From the NCBI RefSeq assembly GCF_024298765.1, contig NZ_CP101210.1: DNA of 64,000 nt. One strand, 5' to 3'. The stretch comes from Escherichia coli (GTDB lineage: Bacteria > Pseudomonadota > Gammaproteobacteria > Enterobacterales > Enterobacteriaceae). Position 1 is the stretch's first letter, and the number at the start of each line of letters is the position of its first letter. Position numbers and translations under genes: made by a program. The notes beneath the pieces were generated by a model. That model did not search any database and was not told the origin of the DNA. It worked only from the letters and a program-made list of their open reading frames with translations. Shown piece after piece: positions 40,889 to 52,089 of this stretch.

Positions 40889-42934
40889 ATGACAACAATG
40901 AATCCTTTCCTTGTGCAAAGCACACTGCCGTATCTGGCTCCCCATTTTGATCAAATTGCCAATCATCACTATCGCCCGGCATTCGATGAGGGAATGCAGC
41001 AAAAGCGGGCTGAAATTGCTGCCATCGCGCTTAACCCGCAAGCGCCTGATTTCAACAATACTATTCTGGCACTGGAACAAAGCGGAGAATTACTTACCCG
41101 CGTTACCAGCGTCTTTTTTGCGATGACTGCGGCGCATACTAATGATGAATTACAGCGTCTTGATGAACAGTTTTCCGCTGAACTGGCGGAACTGGCTAAT
41201 GATATCTATCTGAACGGTGAATTATTCGCGCGGGTAGATGCTGTCTGGCAACGCCGTGAATCCCTGGGACTTGATAGTGAATCCATCCGCCTGGTGGAGG
41301 TCATTCATCAACGTTTTGTCCTTGCCGGAGCCAAACTTGCACAAGCTGATAAAGCAAAATTAAAAGTACTGAATACAGAAGCTGCGACCCTGACCAGCCA
41401 GTTTAACCAGCGGTTACTGGCAGCAAATAAATCCGGCGGTCTGGTTGTGAACGATTTCGCGCAGCTGGCAGGAATGAGTGAGCAAGAGATTGCGCTGGCG
41501 GCAGAGGCGGCTCGCGAGAAAGGTCTGGATAACAAATGGCTGATTCCGTTGCTGAATACCACCCAGCAACCAGCGCTTGCTGAACTGCGCGATCGCGCGA
41601 CGCGTGAAAAACTGTTCACTGCGGGCTGGACGCGAGCGGAAAAAAATGATGCCAATGATACCCGCGCTATCATTCAACGTCTGGTGGAGATCCGCGCGCA
41701 GCAGGCGAAACTGCTTGGTTTCCCTCATTATGCCGCATGGAAAATCGCCGATCAGATGGCAAAAACGCCAGAAGCAGCACTCAACTTTATGCGGGAAATT
41801 GTTCCAGCGGCGCGTCAACGTGCGAGCGATGAATTAGTCTCCATACAGGCGGTTATTGATAAGCAGCAGGGCGGGTTTAGCGCGCAGCCGTGGGACTGGG
41901 CATTTTATGCCGAGCAGGTAAGACGTGAGAAATTCGATCTCGATGAATCGCAGCTCAAGCCATATTTTGAATTAAACACGGTGTTGAATGAAGGTGTATT
42001 CTGGACCGCGAATCAGCTCTTCGGTATTAAGTTTGTCGAACGTTTTGATATTCCTGTCTACCATCCTGACGTTCGTGTGTGGGAAATTTTTGATCATAAT
42101 GGCGTGGGGCTGGCGTTATTTTACGGTGATTTCTTCGCCCGTGATTCAAAAAGCGGCGGTGCATGGATGGGCAATTTTGTTGAGCAATCAACGCTGAATG
42201 AAACGCATCCGGTAATTTATAACGTCTGCAATTATCAGAAACCCGCCGCTGGGGAGCCTGCGTTGTTACTCTGGGATGATGTCATAACCTTATTCCATGA
42301 ATTTGGTCATACGCTGCACGGCCTTTTTGCCCGCCAGCGTTATGCCACGCTTTCCGGCACCAACACGCCGCGTGATTTTGTCGAATTTCCGTCGCAAATC
42401 AACGAACACTGGGCAACGCATCCGCAGGTATTCGCTCGCTACGCCCGGCATTATCAGAGCGGGGCAGCAATGCCTGATGAACTGCAACAGAAAATGCGTA
42501 ATGCCAGCCTGTTCAATAAAGGGTATGAGATGAGCGAACTGCTTAGCGCCGCACTTCTCGATATGCGCTGGCATTGCCTGGAAGAAAACGAAGCAATGCA
42601 GGATGTCGATGATTTTGAATTGCGGGCGCTGGTGGCGGAAAATATGGATCTTCCTGCTATACCGCCACGCTATCGCAGCAGTTATTTCGCCCATATTTTT
42701 GGTGGCGGATATGCCGCAGGTTATTACGCTTATCTGTGGACGCAAATGTTGGCCGATGATGGTTACCAGTGGTTTGTTGAGCAGGGCGGATTAACGCGTG
42801 AAAATGGGCGGCGTTTTCGCGAGGCGATTCTTTCCAGAGGTAACAGCGAAGATCTGGAACGCCTGTATCGACAATGGCGCGGTAAGGCACCTCAGATTAT
42901 GCCGATGCTGCAACATCGTGGCTTGAACGTATAA
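40889..42934 (+). CDS. dcp: peptidyl-dipeptidase Dcp (M3 family zinc metallopeptidase)
   Basis: 681 aa from MTTMNPFLVQ...; HEFGH zinc-binding motif. Confidence 0.9.
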   Translation: MTTMNPFLVQSTLPYLAPHFDQIANHHYRPAFDEGMQQKRAEIAAIALNPQAPDFNNTILALEQSGELLTRVTSVFFAMTAAHTNDELQRLDEQFSAELAELANDIYLNGELFARVDAVWQRRESLGLDSESIRLVEVIHQRFVLAGAKLAQADKAKLKVLNTEAATLTSQFNQRLLAANKSGGLVVNDFAQLAGMSEQEIALAAEAAREKGLDNKWLIPLLNTTQQPALAELRDRATREKLFTAGWTRAEKNDANDTRAIIQRLVEIRAQQAKLLGFPHYAAWKIADQMAKTPEAALNFMREIVPAARQRASDELVSIQAVIDKQQGGFSAQPWDWAFYAEQVRREKFDLDESQLKPYFELNTVLNEGVFWTANQLFGIKFVERFDIPVYHPDVRVWEIFDHNGVGLALFYGDFFARDSKSGGAWMGNFVEQSTLNETHPVIYNVCNYQKPAAGEPALLLWDDVITLFHEFGHTLHGLFARQRYATLSGTNTPRDFVEFPSQINEHWATHPQVFARYARHYQSGAAMPDELQQKMRNASLFNKGYEMSELLSAALLDMRWHCLEENEAMQDVDDFELRALVAENMDLPAIPPRYRSSYFAHIFGGGYAAGYYAYLWTQMLADDGYQWFVEQGGLTRENGRRFREAILSRGNSEDLERLYRQWRGKAPQIMPMLQHRGLNV

Positions 42935-43298
42935 ACACCACCAATGGCTGGCCTGGATTTATCGCCAGACCAGCCTCGTTATAGCAGTAATTGCAGCAGC
43001 TGGGTGAGGGCAAACTTCACCGCTAATGCGAATGCCGTTTCGCAGTCGCCAGCAAAATTACTTTTTTTGTATACCCTTCCGTTATAATAATTTTCAAATT
43101 TATAAATCTGATTGTTCTGAAATATGTTTAAGACTCTTTAATCTTCTTCTTACTTTAGTGAGTAAAATTCTCTGAATATTTGACAGCTAGTTGCCTGATT
43201 TTAAATGCCTTATAACAATTGGCAGTATTCTTATTTGTCAATTATAAAAATAGCAACCAGACTTAATAAGTCAAACCAAACGCAATTAAGGAGTCAGT

Positions 43299-43691
43299 AT
43301 GAAATTTCAGGCCATTGTATTAGCAAGTTTTCTTGTCATGCCTTATGCGTTGGCAGATGACCAGGGCGGATTAAAACAGGATGCAGCGCCACCGCCGCCT
43401 CATGCAATAGAAGATGGCTATCGCGGAACCGATGATGCAAAAAAAATGACCGTTGATTTCGCAAAAAACATGCACGATGGCGCTTCGGTTTCACTACGCG
43501 GTAATTTGATTTCTCACAAAGGAGAGGACCGTTACGTTTTTCGCGATAAGAGTGGTGAAATTAATGTTGTTATTCCTGCGGCAGTCTTTGATGGACGAGA
43601 AGTTCAGCCGGACCAGATGATCAACATTAGCGGCAGTCTGGATAAGAAAAGCGCGCCGGCCGTCGTTCGGGTCACTCATTTGCAGAAATAA
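43299..43691 (+). CDS. ydeI: YgiW/BOF-family periplasmic OB-fold protein YdeI
   Basis: 130 aa with signal peptide; matches recalled YdeI. Confidence 0.75.
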   Translation: MKFQAIVLASFLVMPYALADDQGGLKQDAAPPPPHAIEDGYRGTDDAKKMTVDFAKNMHDGASVSLRGNLISHKGEDRYVFRDKSGEINVVIPAAVFDGREVQPDQMINISGSLDKKSAPAVVRVTHLQK

Positions 43692-43945
43692 AAATAAATT
43701 AGCCTGATGGCCTGAACTACTGGGCCATTAGGGTATTGGGTTATGCTATTTGTCATCCTTTTATTTACGATAATGCAGAGGTAATTTACAGAATTAAACA
43801 CTTTTTTATCCGCTGATTTTGTTTTAAATCACAATGTTATCTCAGAGATGACTCATAACTTCGGATTTCTATGAAAATATTGACGTAATTTTGCTTTTCT
43901 CTCGTTAGAATAGCGCGCACAAGGAACTGTGAAAAAGGAGTGGCA

Positions 43946-44836
43946 ATGATCAAGAAGACAACGGAAATTGATGCCATCTTGTTAAATCTCAATAAGGCTA
44001 TCGATGCCCACTACCAGTGGCTGGTAAGTATGTTTCACAGCGTGGTCGCGAGAGATGCCAGTAAGCCAGAAATAACGGATAACCATTCTTATGAACTGTG
44101 CCAGTTTGGTCGGTGGATTGATCATCTGGGACCACTCGATAACGATGAATTACCTTACGTTCGGCTAATGGATTCTGCCCATCAACATATGCATAACTGT
44201 GGTCGGGAATTAATGCTGGCTATTGTTGAAAATCACTGGCAGGACGCGCATTTCGACGCCTTTCAGGAAGGGTTGCTTTCTTTTACTGCGGCATTAACCG
44301 ATTACAAAATTTATTTGCTGACGATCCGTAGCAATATGGATGTTTTGACGGGATTGCCGGGTCGTCGGGTTCTTGATGAATCCTTTGATCATCAGTTACG
44401 CAACGCTGAGCCTCTGAATCTTTATTTAATGTTGTTGGATATTGACCGATTTAAATTGGTTAATGATACCTACGGGCATTTAATCGGCGATGTAGTATTA
44501 CGCACCCTGGCAACTTACTTAGCCAGTTGGACGCGCGATTACGAAACGGTTTATCGCTACGGTGGCGAAGAATTTATCATTATTGTCAAAGCGGCTAATG
44601 ATGAAGAAGCATGTCGTGCAGGTATCAGAATTTGCCAGTTAGTCGATAACCATGTCATCAAACATTCTGAAGGGCATATCAACATTACCGTGACTGCAGG
44701 TGTGAGTCGCGCATTTCCTGAAGAGCCTCTGGATGTGGTCATTGGAAGAGCGGACCGGGCAATGTATGAGGGTAAGCAAACCGGAAGAAATCGCTGTATG
44801 TTTATTGACGAACAAAACGTGATTAACCGAGTTTAA
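43946..44836 (+). CDS. dgcZ: zinc-regulated diguanylate cyclase DgcZ (YdeH)
   Basis: 296 aa from MIKKTTEID...; GGEEF motif (RYGGEEFII). Confidence 0.85.
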   Translation: MIKKTTEIDAILLNLNKAIDAHYQWLVSMFHSVVARDASKPEITDNHSYELCQFGRWIDHLGPLDNDELPYVRLMDSAHQHMHNCGRELMLAIVENHWQDAHFDAFQEGLLSFTAALTDYKIYLLTIRSNMDVLTGLPGRRVLDESFDHQLRNAEPLNLYLMLLDIDRFKLVNDTYGHLIGDVVLRTLATYLASWTRDYETVYRYGGEEFIIIVKAANDEEACRAGIRICQLVDNHVIKHSEGHINITVTAGVSRAFPEEPLDVVIGRADRAMYEGKQTGRNRCMFIDEQNVINRV

Positions 44837-44879
44837 GCTCCGTTTAACATTCATTGAGAAAACTGATGCTAATGTGTCA

Positions 44880-44980
44880 ACGATCCGTTATCAGTGCAGG
44901 AAAATGCCTGTTAGCGTAAAAGCAAAACACAAATCTATCCATGCAAGCATTCACCGCCGGTTTACTGGCGGTTTTTTTTC
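44880..44980 (+). ncRNA. mgrR: candidate small RNA (MgrR-like), ending at an intrinsic terminator
   Basis: Downstream of dgcZ: GTTTAA element at 44842-44847 and extended -10-like TGCTAATGT at 44866-44876, then about 96 nt to the hairpin CCGCCGG-TTTACT-GGCGG plus T-run (44952-44980). Assigned from memory that MgrR lies next to mgtS; could be only the dgcZ terminator. Confidence 0.35.
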
Positions 44981-45054
44981 GCCGTCATAAAAATCAGGCC
45001 CCTTGTACACAGTTGTAACAAGGGGCCGGTTAGGTGAGGGATTATCTCCGTTCA

Positions 45055-45150
45055 TTAGTCATCCCATTTGTGGCTGAAATACGCGGCCAGAAAACCAGAA
45101 AATAAAATTATTCCCAGTACGGCCATAAAAACATTCATATTACCCAGCAT
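45055..45150 (-). CDS. mgtS: small membrane protein MgtS (YneM), 31 aa
   Basis: Minus-strand translation MLGNMNVFMAVLGIILFSGFLAAYFSHKWDD; GGAGG ahead of the ATG; GC hairpin downstream (44997-45031). Confidence 0.75.
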   Translation of the reverse strand: MLGNMNVFMAVLGIILFSGFLAAYFSHKWDD

Positions 45151-45276
45151 TATTTGCCTCCGTTTATGGTGTGGTGTGTTTCCTCGCTTACCTTAATTTT
45201 CATCTCAATGAGAAAGATATTAGCAGAGGTAACCTAAACGAAGGCTGAATTAAATTTTTATTGTGTTCGACTTAAA

Positions 45277-46464
45277 TCAACAAAGCGCGGGCTGCCCCCA
45301 CGGTCTTGCACGAATTCCTTTTAACATAAGCACCCACGCAGCAATGATCACCAACGCTAAGATGATAAACAGCGAGAAAGGCGGCAGACTGGTAAGCACT
45401 ATGCCACTCACTAATGGGTTAATCGCCGCACCAAGCCAGCCTAAAGACTGAGCGGAAAAATAGCTGGCTTTCATTCCTGGCGGCGCAATATGGTCAATCA
45501 ACATATACTCGCCCGGCGCATAAATGATTTCACCGACAGTAAATACCGCAGCTGACATACCCCACAATAGCAGGCTGTTGCCGGAAAAAATAAAACCGAC
45601 CAGCCCAATGACGAAACAGAGGGTGCCTGCTGTCATCAGCGCGCGGATGTTAGCCGGGTTAAGTCGGCGGCCCACGGAATATTGCAACGTAACTACCATG
45701 GCAGCATTAACCGGAAGAACAACCGCAACCACCTTTTCGGCAAAATCACCATCAGCAATCACCATCACATATTGTGAAATGCACGAGGCAAATGCGCCGC
45801 TAACAAAGGAAGCCAGAAAACCAGAGCAGGTAAACCACAACAGTGCTTTATCTTGTAATAAAACTTTCGGCGACCAGGCACTGCCTGTTTCCGTGGCGAT
45901 GATTTTCTCGCTGCGCTTTACCCAAATTTGAATGAAAAGCATGGGAAACGCGGAACAGATAGCTGCCAGCCAAAAGGGCAGATTGATGCTCTGCATCACC
46001 AACAGCGTGCCGAGCGGCGGACCGATGGTCCACCCAATGTTGAGCATGGTGTAGTTGATTGAGAAGATTTTCGTTTTGCTGGTGGAGGAAAGATTGTCGG
46101 CAAACCAGGCTTTCAACACGGTAGCAAAAACGGAATAGGCGCAGTTAATAAGGGCAAAAAAGAGCACCACCAGCGTCACGTTATTCACTAAAGGAATGGC
46201 AATAAAACCGCTGGCGAAGGCGGTAATTGCCAGTAACATATAGCGTTTCTTGTCGAACTTATCCGCCAGGATACCAAAACCGAGGCTAAAAACGACGCCA
46301 ATAGTGAGCGCAATTGTCATCGCATAACCGATTAGATCGACACTCAGGCTGTACTGGCGACTCAAGTAAATGGTCATAAACGGCAGCGTAGCGCCGCGTC
46401 CGATGGTTAATAACAACGACGAGGCAAGAAGGGCGCTGGTAGAGCGTCGTAGGGATAAGTTCAT
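45277..46464 (-). CDS. ydeE: MFS transporter YdeE
   Basis: 395 aa, multiple transmembrane segments; synteny next to eamA. Confidence 0.8.
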   Translation of the reverse strand: MNLSLRRSTSALLASSLLLTIGRGATLPFMTIYLSRQYSLSVDLIGYAMTIALTIGVVFSLGFGILADKFDKKRYMLLAITAFASGFIAIPLVNNVTLVVLFFALINCAYSVFATVLKAWFADNLSSTSKTKIFSINYTMLNIGWTIGPPLGTLLVMQSINLPFWLAAICSAFPMLFIQIWVKRSEKIIATETGSAWSPKVLLQDKALLWFTCSGFLASFVSGAFASCISQYVMVIADGDFAEKVVAVVLPVNAAMVVTLQYSVGRRLNPANIRALMTAGTLCFVIGLVGFIFSGNSLLLWGMSAAVFTVGEIIYAPGEYMLIDHIAPPGMKASYFSAQSLGWLGAAINPLVSGIVLTSLPPFSLFIILALVIIAAWVLMLKGIRARPWGQPALC

Positions 46465-46658
46465 TTGTCTGTCCGGCAGTGCGTTTCGTTATGTTTTGTT
46501 TTAGAGATGTAAAGAAATAGCATGGCAAAAATCCGAAGTATAGCGACTTATTTGCGCATTAATGCCGTCGTAATCGCCGACTAACGAATCAACTGTTAAA
46601 GAAAAGTAAATTCAGCTAAGTTGATTGCTTACAAAAGATGAAATTCAGAGGCGGTAGA

Positions 46659-47558
46659 ATGTCGCGAAAAGATGGGGTGTTGGCGCTACTGGTAGTGGTC
46701 GTATGGGGGCTAAATTTTGTGGTCATCAAAGTGGGGCTTCATAACATGCCACCGCTGATGTTGGCCGGTTTGCGCTTTATGCTGGTTGCTTTTCCGGCTA
46801 TCTTTTTTGTCGCACGACCGAAAGTACCACTGAATTTGCTGCTGGGGTATGGATTAACCATCAGTTTTGCGCAGTTTGCTTTTCTTTTTTGTGCCATTAA
46901 CTTCGGTATGCCTGCTGGACTGGCTTCGCTGGTGTTACAGGCACAGGCGTTTTTTACTATCGTGCTTGGCGCGTTTACTTTCGGTGAGCGACTGCATGGC
47001 AAACAATTGGCGGGGATCGCCTTAGCGATTTTTGGCGTACTTGTGTTAATCGAAGATAGTCTGAACGGTCAGCATGTGGCGATGCTCGGCTTTATGTTGA
47101 CCCTGGCGGCAGCATTTAGTTGGGCGTGTGGCAACATCTTCAATAAAAAGATCATGTCGCACTCAACGCGTCCGCCGGTGATGTCGCTGGTAATCTGGAG
47201 CGCTTTAATCCCAATCATTCCCTTCTTTGTTGCCTCGCTGATTCTCGATGGTTCCGCAACCATGATTCACAGTCTGGTTACTATCGATATGACCACCATA
47301 TTGTCTCTGATGTATCTGGCGTTTGTGGCGACAATTGTTGGTTATGGGATCTGGGGGACGTTACTGGGACGCTATGAAACCTGGCGGGTTGCACCGTTAT
47401 CGTTACTGGTGCCCGTAGTAGGACTGGCAAGTGCGGCACTATTGTTGGATGAACGCTTAACGGGTCTACAATTTTTCGGTGCGGTGCTCATTATGACCGG
47501 GCTGTATATCAATGTATTTGGCTTGCGGTGGCGTAAAGCGGTAAAAGTGGGAAGTTAA
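46659..47558 (+). CDS. eamA: cysteine/O-acetylserine exporter EamA (YdeD), DMT family
   Basis: 299 aa from MSRKDGVLALLVVVVWGLNFVVIK... Confidence 0.85.
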   Translation: MSRKDGVLALLVVVVWGLNFVVIKVGLHNMPPLMLAGLRFMLVAFPAIFFVARPKVPLNLLLGYGLTISFAQFAFLFCAINFGMPAGLASLVLQAQAFFTIVLGAFTFGERLHGKQLAGIALAIFGVLVLIEDSLNGQHVAMLGFMLTLAAAFSWACGNIFNKKIMSHSTRPPVMSLVIWSALIPIIPFFVASLILDGSATMIHSLVTIDMTTILSLMYLAFVATIVGYGIWGTLLGRYETWRVAPLSLLVPVVGLASAALLLDERLTGLQFFGAVLIMTGLYINVFGLRWRKAVKVGS

Positions 47559-47588
47559 TAAGCCCCGAGATGTCGGGGCCAGAACAAA

Positions 47589-47807
47589 CTACATAGCGTG
47601 TTGATTATAATAGGGCACGCCGAGCGCATCCGACTTATCACTGCCAGTACCCATGTGATTTAAATCAAACGGTGGTTGTTCCTGCGATGGGGGAACAACC
47701 ACGACATTGGCACAGGAAGTAACAACCTGCTGCGTGGTTTGTTCCGCAATGCCCTGCGTGGAAAAGAGAATAAACGCAGGTGCTATTGCGGATAAAAGTG
47801 GTTTCAT
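47589..47807 (-). CDS. marB: multiple antibiotic resistance protein MarB
   Basis: 72 aa with signal peptide, downstream of marA. Confidence 0.8.
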   Translation of the reverse strand: MKPLLSAIAPAFILFSTQGIAEQTTQQVVTSCANVVVVPPSQEQPPFDLNHMGTGSDKSDALGVPYYNQHAM

Positions 47808-47838
47808 GATTGCCTCAGTGACGTTGTCACGTTATCAA

Positions 47839-48222
47839 CTAGCTGTTGTAATGATTTAATGGATGTAAAAAGCGCGATTCGCCCTGCATATTGGTCATCC
47901 GGTATTTATGCGGCGGAACATCAAAGTAATTTTTGAAGGTTCGGGTCAGAGTTTGTTGCGACTCGAAGCCATATCGTTCTGCCAGATAGAGTATCGGCTC
48001 GTTACTTTCCTTCAGCTTTTGCGCGATTTCCGTCATCTTACGGCTGCGGATGTATTGGCCTAATGAATGACCGGTTTCTTTTTTAAACATCCGTTGCAGG
48101 TGCCATTTAGAGTAACCCGAACGCTCTGACACTTTCTCCAGTGACAGTGGCGATTCCAGGTTGTCCTCGATCCAGTCCAAAATGCTATGAATGGTAATAG
48201 CGTCAGTATTGCGTCTGGACAT
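47839..48222 (-). CDS. marA: AraC-family transcriptional activator MarA
   Basis: 127 aa from [28 protein letters not shown]... Confidence 0.9.
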
Positions 48223-48242
48223 CGTCATACCTCTTTTTTTGT

Positions 48243-48677
48243 TTACGGCAGGACTTTCTTAAGCAAATGCTCAAGTGTTGCCACTTCGTCCGCCGTCAGG
48301 TTTTTTGTTAATTCTTGATGCAGGTCCTGGCCAACTAATTGATGGCATTGTTCACATATTGCCGCGCCGCTGGTGGTAAGTTTTACCAGTACGCCGCGCT
48401 TGTCATTCGGGTTCGGCAACCTTTCCACCCAGCCTTTACAGACCAGGCGATCCAGCATACGGGTCAGCGCCCCCAGGTCGACCGACAATACCTTTTTCAG
48501 TTCAACCGGAGTAATACACGCCGCGCAGCGGATAGAGCAGAGCACCTTAAACTGTGCCGCGGTAATATCCAGCGGAGACAGATACTCGTTAAGCAGGCGA
48601 TCTTTCTTCTGATTAACCATATGGATTAAGCGACCTAATGGAATAATTTCATTGAACAGATCGCTGGTACTTTTCAC
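48243..48677 (-). CDS. marR: transcriptional repressor MarR (GTG start)
   Basis: 144 aa; winged-helix repressor; start codon is GTG on the minus strand. Confidence 0.9.
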
Positions 48678-48888
48678 ATTAGTTGCCCTGGCAAGTAATT
48701 AGTTGCAAGGGATAATATTGCCCAGGCAAGTATAAGTCAAATGAATGAATTGACCGATGCCACGTTTTGCTAAATCGGTTCAAGTTTTGGTCAATGCGAT
48801 GCAAGGTTAGCTAAAGAGTGACACTTTATCGTTGTTTACCCCTTATACTTTTCGCTGATAAACCAGATACACAGGATAACAACCACCA
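48678..48888. promoter_or_regulatory. marO: marO operator/promoter region between marR and marC
   Basis: Two palindromes TTGCCCTGGCAA (48683-48694) and TTGCCCAGGCAA (48718-48729), consistent with MarR sites; marbox-like ATGCCACGTTTTGCTAAATC at 48757-48776. Confidence 0.65.
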
Positions 48889-49554
48889 ATGTTAGATTTG
48901 TTTAAAGCAATAGGCCTGGGGCTGGTGGTGTTACTGCCGTTAGCTAACCCATTAACAACTGTCGCGTTATTTCTTGGCCTGGCAGGCAACATGAACAGTG
49001 CTGAACGTAATCGTCAGTCGTTGATGGCCTCGGTGTACGTATTTGCCATCATGATGGTGGCGTATTACGCCGGGCAACTGGTGATGGATACATTTGGCAT
49101 TTCGATTCCCGGTCTGCGAATTGCAGGCGGCTTAATCGTCGCGTTTATCGGTTTTCGGATGCTCTTTCCGCAACAGAAAGCGATTGATTCACCGGAAGCG
49201 AAAAGCAAGTCGGAAGAGCTGGAAGATGAACCCAGCGCCAATATTGCTTTTGTACCACTGGCAATGCCAAGTACCGCCGGTCCGGGAACCATAGCGATGA
49301 TTATTAGCTCGGCGTCCACAGTGCGTCAGAGTTCAACCTTTGCTGATTGGGTACTGATGGTTGCGCCGCCGCTGATCTTTTTCCTGGTGGCGGTTATTTT
49401 GTGGGGAAGTCTACGCAGCTCTGGCGCAATTATGCGGCTGGTGGGTAAGGGGGGCATTGAAGCGATCTCCCGTCTGATGGGATTCCTGCTGGTATGTATG
49501 GGGGTGCAGTTTATTATTAACGGCATCCTGGAAATCATTAAAACGTACCACTAA
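48889..49554 (+). CDS. marC: inner membrane protein MarC
   Basis: 221 aa, divergent from marRAB. Confidence 0.85.
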   Translation: MLDLFKAIGLGLVVLLPLANPLTTVALFLGLAGNMNSAERNRQSLMASVYVFAIMMVAYYAGQLVMDTFGISIPGLRIAGGLIVAFIGFRMLFPQQKAIDSPEAKSKSEELEDEPSANIAFVPLAMPSTAGPGTIAMIISSASTVRQSSTFADWVLMVAPPLIFFLVAVILWGSLRSSGAIMRLVGKGGIEAISRLMGFLLVCMGVQFIINGILEIIKTYH

Positions 49555-49578
49555 AAAAGGCCCAAATGGGCCTTTCAA

Positions 49579-50769
49579 CTATTGCGTCTGTTCTTCGAGT
49601 GTCACTGGCCAGCGGCGGAAAATGATGATTGACCATATTAACGCGGCAAAGGCAGGCACCGCGCCCACATAACCAATCATCGACATTGACCAGTGCAGAC
49701 TGACCTGATTACCTACCAACGCACCCGCGCCGATTCCAATATTAAATATCCCGGAGAATAGCGCCATCGCGACGTCGGTAGCATCTGGTGCCAACGCCAG
49801 CACTTTAACCTGCATACCAAGCCCGATGATCATCATCGCTATCCCCCAGAAAATACTCAGCACCCCGAGGTGTATTTCACTGTTCGCCGCAGGTAGCAGC
49901 AGTGCCAGGCACACCAGCAACAACGCAATCGCCGTACTCACCAACGCAGACGCATACTGATTACCCAGTTTACCGAAAATCACGCTGCCAATAATGCCCG
50001 CACCACCGAGTAATAACAGTAATGCCGTGGCAAAGTTGGCGCTGAATCCCGCAATGTTTTGCACAAAAGGCTCGATATAGCTGTATGCCGTGTAATGGGC
50101 GGTGACAACCACCACAGTTAACAAATAAATGCTCATCAATGCCGGGCGGCGGAATAATAGCGGGAGGCTTTTCAGCGAACCGGAATGCTCACTGGGCAGT
50201 AAGGGAAGTAACTTAATCAGGCACAAAAGGGTGATAAGCGCCCCGATACCAATCGCGAAGAAGGTCATTCGCCAACCGAAATACTGCCCCACAATGCGCC
50301 CGAGAGGTAAACCTAAGACCATCGCCAGTGCAGTACCGGTGGCAATTAAACTCAATGCCTGTGCTCGCTTCCCGGCCGGAGCCATACGGATCGCCAGAGA
50401 CGCCGTAATCGACCAGAAAATCGCATGTGCAAAAGCCACACCAATGCGACTGATCACCAGAACGGTAAAACTCCACGATAAAAACGACAGTACGTGGCTG
50501 GCAATAAACACCACAAACAGGCAGATCAGTAATTTGCGCCGTTCAACCTGGCTGGTCATTAACATAAAAGGCAATGACATTAGCGCTACTACCCATGCGT
50601 AAATGGTCAACATAATGCCGACCTGAGCGGTTTGCATGTGAAAACTCTGCGCAATGTCAGAGAGCAGGCCAACTGGGACAAATTCGGTGGTGTTGAAGAT
50701 GAAGGCGGCGACTGCCAGCGTAACGACCCGTAGCCACGCTACTTTGCGGGAAACAGTGTTTGTTGTCAT
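49579..50769 (-). CDS. sotB: sugar efflux MFS transporter SotB (YdeA)
   Basis: 396 aa, 12-TM-like. Confidence 0.8.
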
Positions 50770-51113
50770 AACAGATTATCGGGTGAGTTGCGAAAAAGTG
50801 ATGAAATGATCTTAAAACGGTTAATGATGTGAATACAATGCATTTGTGATCTGGATCGCATTTCCATCTCTCTGACGGTTGTTCTGTCACGCATCAGAGA
50901 GTTGTTAACATCACATTTTAATGACGATCAGGAAGGGGGCCTGTTCTTCTTTTACCTGAGGTGCAATATTACGAACGGGAAAATCATCAGGAAGTGAGAT
51001 GAAATTGCTGATGCTTACTGGCGTAACCATATTTGCCCCATATAGTCATAAGTCATCGGAGCATCACTATATAGAGCATATTAGCCGCAAGAACTATCAA
51101 AAATAGCTCATTA

Positions 51114-51989
51114 CTAACTCTGTTTTGCCGAGTCAGACACATCCAGTAGTTGAATAAATGCCTCAAGCGGACGCGTTTTCGCACCGCGACGCCAGACCAG
51201 CCAGGTTGTTAACCAACGCCATTGCTCAGCTAACGGCCACGCTTCAACCTGGTGATGCCCCGGCATACTTTCCAGCATTGAGCGTGGAATAAGCGCAATG
51301 CCTGCTCCTGCGACCACACAGGCCAACATCCCGTGATACGACTCCATCTCGTGAATAGTTCCCGGAGCGGCACCGTCAGCATGAAACCAGCTCTCGAAGT
51401 GGCGACGATACGAACAATTGGCGCGGAAGGCATAAATGTTACTGCCATTAACCTGACTGGCACGGGTTACTGGCGCATGTCCTTGTGGCGTGACAATCAT
51501 CAGCTCCTCGCGGTACACCGGTATCCCGTCAATGGCAGTATGGTTAATGGGCCCATCAATAAACGCCGCATTCAGTTTTCCCTCCAGCACCCCTTCCAGC
51601 ATAGTGCCGGAAGGGCCGGTGGAAAGTGAAAACTGAATTTTGGGATAACGACGGTTAAATTCCGCCAGCATGGCCGGAATGCGCACTGCAGCGGTGCTTT
51701 CCAGCGAACCAAGAGAAAATAAACCTTGCGGCTCATCGCCAGCGACAATGCTCCGCGCTTCATCCACTAATGCGAGAATTTGTTGGCTATAGCGTAAAAA
51801 GTTATGCCCGGCAGGCGAGAGACGTAAACGCTGATTCTCGCGAATAAACAGATCAACCCCCAGTTCTGTTTCCAGCTGACGTAGACGGGTAGTGAGATTC
51901 GACGGCACGCGATGCACTTTTGCTGCAGCCTGGGTAATGCTGCCAGCTTCGGCAACCGCGTTGAACATCTCCAGTTGGGTCAGATCCAT
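51114..51989 (-). CDS. yneJ: LysR-family transcriptional regulator YneJ
   Basis: 291 aa; N-terminal HTH; divergent from sad. Confidence 0.7.
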   Translation of the reverse strand: MDLTQLEMFNAVAEAGSITQAAAKVHRVPSNLTTRLRQLETELGVDLFIRENQRLRLSPAGHNFLRYSQQILALVDEARSIVAGDEPQGLFSLGSLESTAAVRIPAMLAEFNRRYPKIQFSLSTGPSGTMLEGVLEGKLNAAFIDGPINHTAIDGIPVYREELMIVTPQGHAPVTRASQVNGSNIYAFRANCSYRRHFESWFHADGAAPGTIHEMESYHGMLACVVAGAGIALIPRSMLESMPGHHQVEAWPLAEQWRWLTTWLVWRRGAKTRPLEAFIQLLDVSDSAKQS

Positions 51990-52089
51990 AACATTCTCGA
52001 TTCGTGAATAAGTGGCTTAATATTATTCATTTTAAAGCAAGAGTAAATCTGCGTATCTTCATACCATGACTCATAAAGGAGATACCCCG

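Noticed and set aside
42935-43298. Possible absence or remnant of ydeJ between dcp and ydeI
   Set aside because: I recall ydeJ near here in K-12 but am not sure of its exact position; the 365-bp gap has no ORF of suitable size, and I cannot distinguish a strain-specific deletion from faulty memory without an alignment.
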